NCBI GenBank assembly: GCA_031415375.1
Contig: JANORP010000208.1
Coordinates: 14,738-78,737 of the forward strand
Origin: Bacteroidota bacterium
GTDB taxonomy: Bacteria > Bacteroidota > Bacteroidia > J057 > JADKCL01
Reading direction: 5' to 3'
Length of the DNA: 64,000 bases
Numbering within the stretch: the stretch's first letter is position 1; each line of letters opens with the position of its first letter. The notes beneath the pieces are model-generated. The model saw nothing but the letters and a program-made list of their open reading frames with translations, did no database searches and was not told where the DNA came from. Position numbers and translations under genes: made by a program. This document shows positions 59,157-64,000 of the stretch, in pieces.

Positions 59157-61952
59157 TCAGTGGGCTTCCAGCCAATTGTCGCCGATGCCTACCTCCACAA
59201 GCATCGGCACCTCCAATGGCAATGCACTTTCCATCAATTCCTTGACCAGCAGCGACAACTCGGCGACCTCGTCTTTGTGGGCCTCAAATACAAGTTCGTC
59301 ATGCACCTGCAAGATCATCTGTGAGCGCATGTTGCGGCGCTTCATCTCATGATGGATATTGGTCATCGCGATTTTGATGAGGTCTGCGGCACTCCCTTGC
59401 ACAGGAGTGTTGATGGCGTTGCGCTCTGCAAAATTCCGAATGGTGGCATTGGCGCTGTTGATGTCGGGCAAGTAGCGTCGTCGTCCCTTGATCGTGCGGG
59501 CATAGCCATGCTTGCGCGCCTCGAGCACGCTCTCGTCCATGTATTCCTTGATGCGGCTATACTGCGCAAAATAGCTGTTGATGATCTCTGCGGCTTCGCC
59601 CCGGCTGATCTTCAAGCGTTGCGAGAGGCCAAAGGCCGAGATGCCGTAGATGATGCCAAAGTTCACCATCTTGGCCTTGCTACGCATATCGCTCGTGACT
59701 TCCTCCATCGGCACGTCAAAGACTTTTGCAGCTGTCGCGCGGTGGATGTCGTGCCCTTCGCGAAAGGCCTCCATCATGCCCGGATCCTTGCTCAGCTCGG
59801 CGATGAGCCGCAACTCGACTTGCGAGTAGTCGGCAGACATGATCACAAACCCCTCCTCGGGGATGAATGCCTTGCGGATCTCGCGGCCTTCCTCTGTGCG
59901 GATAGGTATGTTTTGCAGGTTGGGATTGGTAGAGCTCAAGCGCCCGGTCGAGGTCACCGATTGGCTCAGGGTCGAGTGGATGCGGCCGGTCTTGGGATTC
60001 ACAAGTAGCGGCAGCGCATCCACGTATGTGCTTTTGAGCTTGCCGAGCTTGCGGTAGCGCAAGATGTAGGCGGGAAAATCATGCTCCAAGGCCAGATAGA
60101 CGAGGTCCTCCTCCTTGGTGCTGTATTGGCCCGTCTTGGTCTTCTTGGCCTTGCCCAGCTTCAGTTTGTCAAAGATGATCTCACCGAGTTGCTTGGGCGA
60201 ATTGATGTTGAATTTCATCCCCGCCATCTCGTAGATGTCCTTTTCCACCGACTTCATCTCGATGTCCAGGACCTTGGAGTATTCGTTCAGAAATCCCTCA
60301 TTCACCCGCACCCCATGAAACTCGATGTCGGTGAGCACTGGCACGAGTGGGATTTCTACGGTCTCGAAGACCGTGCGCAGATCGGCAGCATCGAGCTGCT
60401 GATCGAGTTTTTCTTTGAGGGAAATCGTGATGTCGGCGTCCTCGCAGGCGTATTGCATGAGCTTGTCGAGTTCCACGTCGCGCATGCTCAACTGGTCCTT
60501 GCCCTTTTTGCCGATGAGTTCCTTGATCGAGACCGGCTCGTAGTGGAGCAGTTCCATGGCCATCGCATCCATGCCATGGGGCTTGTCGGGGTCGATGACG
60601 TAGTGCGCAAGCATCGTGTCATACAAGGGTTCGCAGACGGTGATGCCGTAGTTGCGCAGTAGCAGGTTGTCGTACTTGAGGTTTTGGCCGATCTTCAAGA
60701 TCGTGTCGCTTTCCAGCAGCGGCCTCATGGCCTCCAACTGCGCCAGGGATTCTGGATTGTTGGGGGGGAAATAGATCATATAGGCCTCGCGAGGCTTGAG
60801 GCTGATCGTCATGGCGATGAGCTCGGCTTGCATGGCATCGAGTCCTGTGGTCTCGGTGTCGAAGCAAAAAGAGCCCTGGGCGCGGATGTCGGCGATGAGC
60901 TGCGTGAGCGCCTGCTCGGTGTCCACATGTATATATGTATGTACACGATCCCCGATCGTGTCGAGGTTGGTGGGCATGCCCGTCACCTCCTCGGTGGGGG
61001 TATAGGTGGCCGATCCACCCGCGACAGCATTGCCAAAGAGGTCCATTTGTTGTGGCTGCTCTTCCCCGCCAAAGATGCGGCTGTTGAGGATGCGCTTGGC
61101 GGTCGTTTTGAACTCCAGCGCATTCATGAGCGTGATGGTCGCATCGCGGTCAGGGTCGCCGACCTTGCAATGTTCCTCGTCCCATGGGACGGGCGCATCG
61201 GTGTCGATCTTGGCGAGCCATTTGGAGAGCAGACCCTGCTCGCCAAATTCCTTTACCGAGGCTTGGATGGCCTTTTTGGTGATCTCATCGGCCCGGCGCA
61301 CGATCTCCTCGACCGATCCAAACTGATTGATCAGCTCCACGGCCGTCACGTCGCCCACTTTTGGGATGCCGGGGATATTATCGACCTTGTCGCCCTTGAG
61401 GCCCAAAAAATCAACCATTTGCGCAGGTGTCACGCCATAGCGTTCCTTGACCATGGCGGGGTTATAGACCTCGATGCCATTGCCTTGGCGGCTGGGCTTG
61501 TAGAGCAGGATATTGTCGGTCACGAGTTGCGTGTAGTCCTTGTCGGGGGTGACCATATAGACCTGGAAGCCATGCTCCTCAGCACGCTTGGCGATCGTGC
61601 CGATCACGTCGTCGGCTTCATAGCCAGCCAGTTCCAGGATCGGGATGTTGAGTGCACGCAGCAATTCCTTGGTCTTGGGGATCGCAAAGCGAATGTCCTC
61701 GGGCATTTCCTCGCGGGTGGCCTTGTATTCCGGGAACTTGTCATGCCTGAACGTAGGGCCCGACAAGTCAAAGGCCACCGCCAAGTGGCTCGGGTGCTCA
61801 GTCTCCAAGATTTGCATGAGGGTCGTCATGAACCCAAACACCGCAGAGGTGTTTTGACCCGTCGAGGTGATGCGTGGGGTTTTGATGAATGCAAAGTGTG
61901 CCCGATAAATCAGGGCAAGCGCATCGAGTAGAAATAGCTTTTTCTCTGCCAT
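59157..61952 (-). CDS. polA: DNA polymerase I
   Basis: 5'-3' exonuclease (EADDVIGT, DNIPG); 3'-5' exonuclease (FDTETTG); polymerase motifs TGRLSS..PNLQNIP, ADYSQVELR, AK.VNFGIIYG, QVHDEL. Confidence 0.98.
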   Translation of the reverse strand: MAEKKLFLLDALALIYRAHFAFIKTPRITSTGQNTSAVFGFMTTLMQILETEHPSHLAVAFDLSGPTFRHDKFPEYKATREEMPEDIRFAIPKTKELLRALNIPILELAGYEADDVIGTIAKRAEEHGFQVYMVTPDKDYTQLVTDNILLYKPSRQGNGIEVYNPAMVKERYGVTPAQMVDFLGLKGDKVDNIPGIPKVGDVTAVELINQFGSVEEIVRRADEITKKAIQASVKEFGEQGLLSKWLAKIDTDAPVPWDEEHCKVGDPDRDATITLMNALEFKTTAKRILNSRIFGGEEQPQQMDLFGNAVAGGSATYTPTEEVTGMPTNLDTIGDRVHTYIHVDTEQALTQLIADIRAQGSFCFDTETTGLDAMQAELIAMTISLKPREAYMIYFPPNNPESLAQLEAMRPLLESDTILKIGQNLKYDNLLLRNYGITVCEPLYDTMLAHYVIDPDKPHGMDAMAMELLHYEPVSIKELIGKKGKDQLSMRDVELDKLMQYACEDADITISLKEKLDQQLDAADLRTVFETVEIPLVPVLTDIEFHGVRVNEGFLNEYSKVLDIEMKSVEKDIYEMAGMKFNINSPKQLGEIIFDKLKLGKAKKTKTGQYSTKEEDLVYLALEHDFPAYILRYRKLGKLKSTYVDALPLLVNPKTGRIHSTLSQSVTSTGRLSSTNPNLQNIPIRTEEGREIRKAFIPEEGFVIMSADYSQVELRLIAELSKDPGMMEAFREGHDIHRATAAKVFDVPMEEVTSDMRSKAKMVNFGIIYGISAFGLSQRLKISRGEAAEIINSYFAQYSRIKEYMDESVLEARKHGYARTIKGRRRYLPDINSANATIRNFAERNAINTPVQGSAADLIKIAMTNIHHEMKRRNMRSQMILQVHDELVFEAHKDEVAELSLLVKELMESALPLEVPMLVEVGIGDNWLEAH

Positions 61953-62010
61953 AGGAGGGGGCTGAATTTTGGGATCAAGGTAGAAAAAATTCGCGTTGCA
62001 AGCGTGGGCC

Positions 62011-63102
62011 TTACAGCTGATTCTCGGCCTTCACAAGATTTTGTTCCTCCTCGGCGAGCTTTTGGGCTTCCGATTGGGCCATACCTAATTTCATCTTGGG
62101 CACGAGCAGCGCATAGCAAATGAATCCCACCAAGATCATCATGAGAAATTGTGAGGTGTGGATGATGAAGGCAATGTTGGTTCCGACCACTTTGGCATGC
62201 TCTTCTGTCCAACCAAATGTGCTGGCATAAGCCGCAAAGCTCATGATGATCGCGAAATGGTAGGTGCCGATGCCACCGGGCGAGGGCAGCACCATGCCGA
62301 TGCCGCCCATCGTGAAGGCGGTGATCGCAAATACAAAACTCAGGTCTTTGGTGTCATCCAATGCAAAAAACACCAAAAACGTCATGAGGATATAACAAAC
62401 CCAGATCAAGACTGTGAGCAACAAAAAGTACCAAGGATGCTTCATCTTGGTAACACTCTTGATCGAGAGCCAGATGTCTTTGCTGAATTGCACGCCTTTG
62501 GCAAACAAGCTGATCTTCATGAGGCGGCTCCAGAAGATGATCACGATGAGTAAGCCGACCACCATGACACCAGCCAGGATCCATTTCCAAGGAAAGACTG
62601 CCGCATCGGCTGCACCGCCAGGTTCGCTATTGGCGAAAGCCTTGTCCATGATTGCGGTGATCTGCTTGAATTGGAAAAGAAAGACGCCCAAAACCAGCAA
62701 GCCCAGGGAAATCACATCAAACACACGGTCGGTGACCATGGTCCCAAAACTTACAGAGAGCGGTATTTTTTCAGATTTGGCAGTCATTGTGGCCCGCGCA
62801 ACCTCGCCGAGTCGGCCCGTCGCTTGGTTTACGAGGTAACTCACCATGATCGAGCAAAAGAGATTCCAGGTATTGCTCTTGTGGCCAGCGGCCTCGATGA
62901 GCAATCTCCAGCGCACGGCGCGGTACCAGTGGCTCAGGAGCGCGATCACTAGGCCGATCGCCACCCAGAGGTAGTTGGCGTCACGGAAACCCTCTTTTAC
63001 GAGGTCGAAATTGATGCCACGCATGCATAGCCACATCAACAACACGCCCAGTCCGAGGCCGAGCACATATTTCAAGACAGTAACGAGGGTTTTGCTGCTC
63101 AA
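62011..63102 (-). CDS. Lysylphosphatidylglycerol synthase TM-domain (UPF0104) flippase-like protein
   Basis: Multi-TM; 'RA.RW..L', 'RLGEVAR', 'GT...DRVFD', 'PSPGGIGTYH'. Confidence 0.85.
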   Translation of the reverse strand: MSSKTLVTVLKYVLGLGLGVLLMWLCMRGINFDLVKEGFRDANYLWVAIGLVIALLSHWYRAVRWRLLIEAAGHKSNTWNLFCSIMVSYLVNQATGRLGEVARATMTAKSEKIPLSVSFGTMVTDRVFDVISLGLLVLGVFLFQFKQITAIMDKAFANSEPGGAADAAVFPWKWILAGVMVVGLLIVIIFWSRLMKISLFAKGVQFSKDIWLSIKSVTKMKHPWYFLLLTVLIWVCYILMTFLVFFALDDTKDLSFVFAITAFTMGGIGMVLPSPGGIGTYHFAIIMSFAAYASTFGWTEEHAKVVGTNIAFIIHTSQFLMMILVGFICYALLVPKMKLGMAQSEAQKLAEEEQNLVKAENQL

Positions 63103-63105
63103 GGT

Positions 63106-63462
63106 CTAGTGGTTTCTGATGGGACGGTTGTGTTCATCGACGTGGCAAATGGTCGGGACATGGGTGCGTGCCGCATCGAGCGTCACCGTGCCATAAGCAA
63201 TGATGATCACCATGTCGCCCATTTGCACGAGGCGAGCAGCAGGGCCATTGAGGCAGATCACACCACTGCCGCGCATTCCTTGGATCACATACGTTTCAAA
63301 GCGCTCTCCATTGTTGATGTTCACGATTTGAACCTTTTGATGGGGCAGCAAATCTGCTGCTTCCATCAGATCGAGGTCGATCGTGATGCTGCCGGTATAG
63401 TTCAGGTTGGCCTCGGTGACCGTGGCGCGATGGATCTTGGACTTGAATACCTCTATGAACAT
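63106..63462 (-). CDS. panD: Aspartate 1-decarboxylase
   Basis: '[20 protein letters not shown]', 'NG.RFETY.I', 'LNGPAAR'. Confidence 0.97.
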   Translation of the reverse strand: MFIEVFKSKIHRATVTEANLNYTGSITIDLDLMEAADLLPHQKVQIVNINNGERFETYVIQGMRGSGVICLNGPAARLVQMGDMVIIIAYGTVTLDAARTHVPTICHVDEHNRPIRNH

Positions 63463-63572
63463 GGGGCGAAATTAAGCAGAATTTGTAGAATTCACAGAAT
63501 CGCACTTCGTGTCGAATTCTCTGTGCTTTGCTGAAGGTGGTGGAGCTGCTTTTAAGGGGGCAGAAATATTTA

Positions 63573-63793
63573 ACCTCAGTTCTGGATTAGGAACATTTGA
63601 TGCATGCCAATTCCGCAGGAATGGCAGGTTTTTTCAAACATGCCCATGTAGGGAAGGTCGCGGCATTCCAATAATGGGTGCGACATTCCCTACATGGGCG
63701 CGGCATTCCAATACATGCACCCATCAAATATTTTTTTGGTCATTCCTGCAGAATTGGCAAAGTTTTCAAGATCGTCCAATTCAGAACGGAGGT
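63573..63793. mobile_element. 221-bp MITE with AC-starting terminal inverted repeats and a 6-bp target-site duplication
   Basis: Left end ACCTCAGTTCTGGATT; right end (reverse complement) ACCTCCGTTCTGAATT; TATTTA duplicated at 63567-63572 and 63794-63799; internal GCCCATGTAGGGAA/TTCCCTACATGGGC stem. Confidence 0.8.
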
Positions 63794-63887
63794 TATTTAC
63801 GCCTTTTGGAAAAGCCTTTTTGGTGGGTCGTATTGGAGGGATGCGTTGGCGCTGTGATCCCGTTCCGCTGTCGCGATGAGGGGATGC

Positions 63888-64000
63888 CTACAATGTCAGG
63901 GGCAAGTTGTCGATGAGCCTTGTCTTGCCACAGAAAGCCGCGATGAGCGCCACAGGCGCGTCTTCGGGCTGCAAAATCTCGCAAAGCGTGAGGTCGCGCG
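63888..64000 (-). CDS. panC: 3' end of pantoate-beta-alanine ligase (partial, runs off the window)
   Basis: Minus-strand frame reads ...PVALIAAFCGKTRLIDNLPLTL*, carrying the PanC C-terminal 'RLIDN' motif; upstream of panD; absent from the ORF track. Confidence 0.85.
   Translation of the reverse strand, partial: RDLTLCEILQPEDAPVALIAAFCGKTRLIDNLPLTL

Noticed and set aside
60684-61931. 415-aa plus-strand ORF, and similar long antisense ORFs at 29075, 30014, 45942 and 54850
   Set aside because: Antisense shadows of polA, thiL/nadA, wzx and yfhO with no recognisable domains.

Overview
A core chromosomal segment of a Bacteroidota genome (TAnnTTTG-type promoters, Bacteroidota-typical lipoprotein and beta-barrel genes) that appears to contain the replication origin. 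There are about 56 protein genes: housekeeping (ppk1, upp, mnmG, ybeY, xth, thiL, nadA, mnmH, waaA, polA, panD, the 3' end of panC), two-component regulators, and many surface-glycan genes (WbpB/E/D-like, wecB, ugd, uxs, rmlA/C, Wzx, GT2/GT4, YfhO, a carbamoyltransferase with SxtJ, and a deacetylase plus FemAB/GNAT pair). The non-coding DNA holds most of the signal. (1) An oriC candidate lies between divergent nadA and mnmH, with about 10 DnaA boxes and a box/DnaA-trio/AT-rich unwinding module; no dnaA is nearby. (2) Three parS palindromes lie between ybeY and mnmG. (3) A MITE family of about 220 bp has AC-starting terminal inverted repeats, a 6-bp target duplication and an internal GTAG hairpin; it occurs in three copies, one inside the parS cluster and one splitting panC from panD. 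(4) There are REP-like palindrome mosaics, an 82-83 bp tandem repeat, and a hairpin whose loop is complementary to both flanks upstream of the YfhO operon. (5) A decayed cytosine-methyltransferase stub is present. The best candidates for undescribed biology are the YfhO-GT4-wecB-carbamoyltransferase-SxtJ operon with its structured leader, and a dispersed Wbp/Vim-like glycan pathway. No rRNA, tRNA, CRISPR array, transposase or prophage was seen. All family calls come from motif recognition, not database searches.
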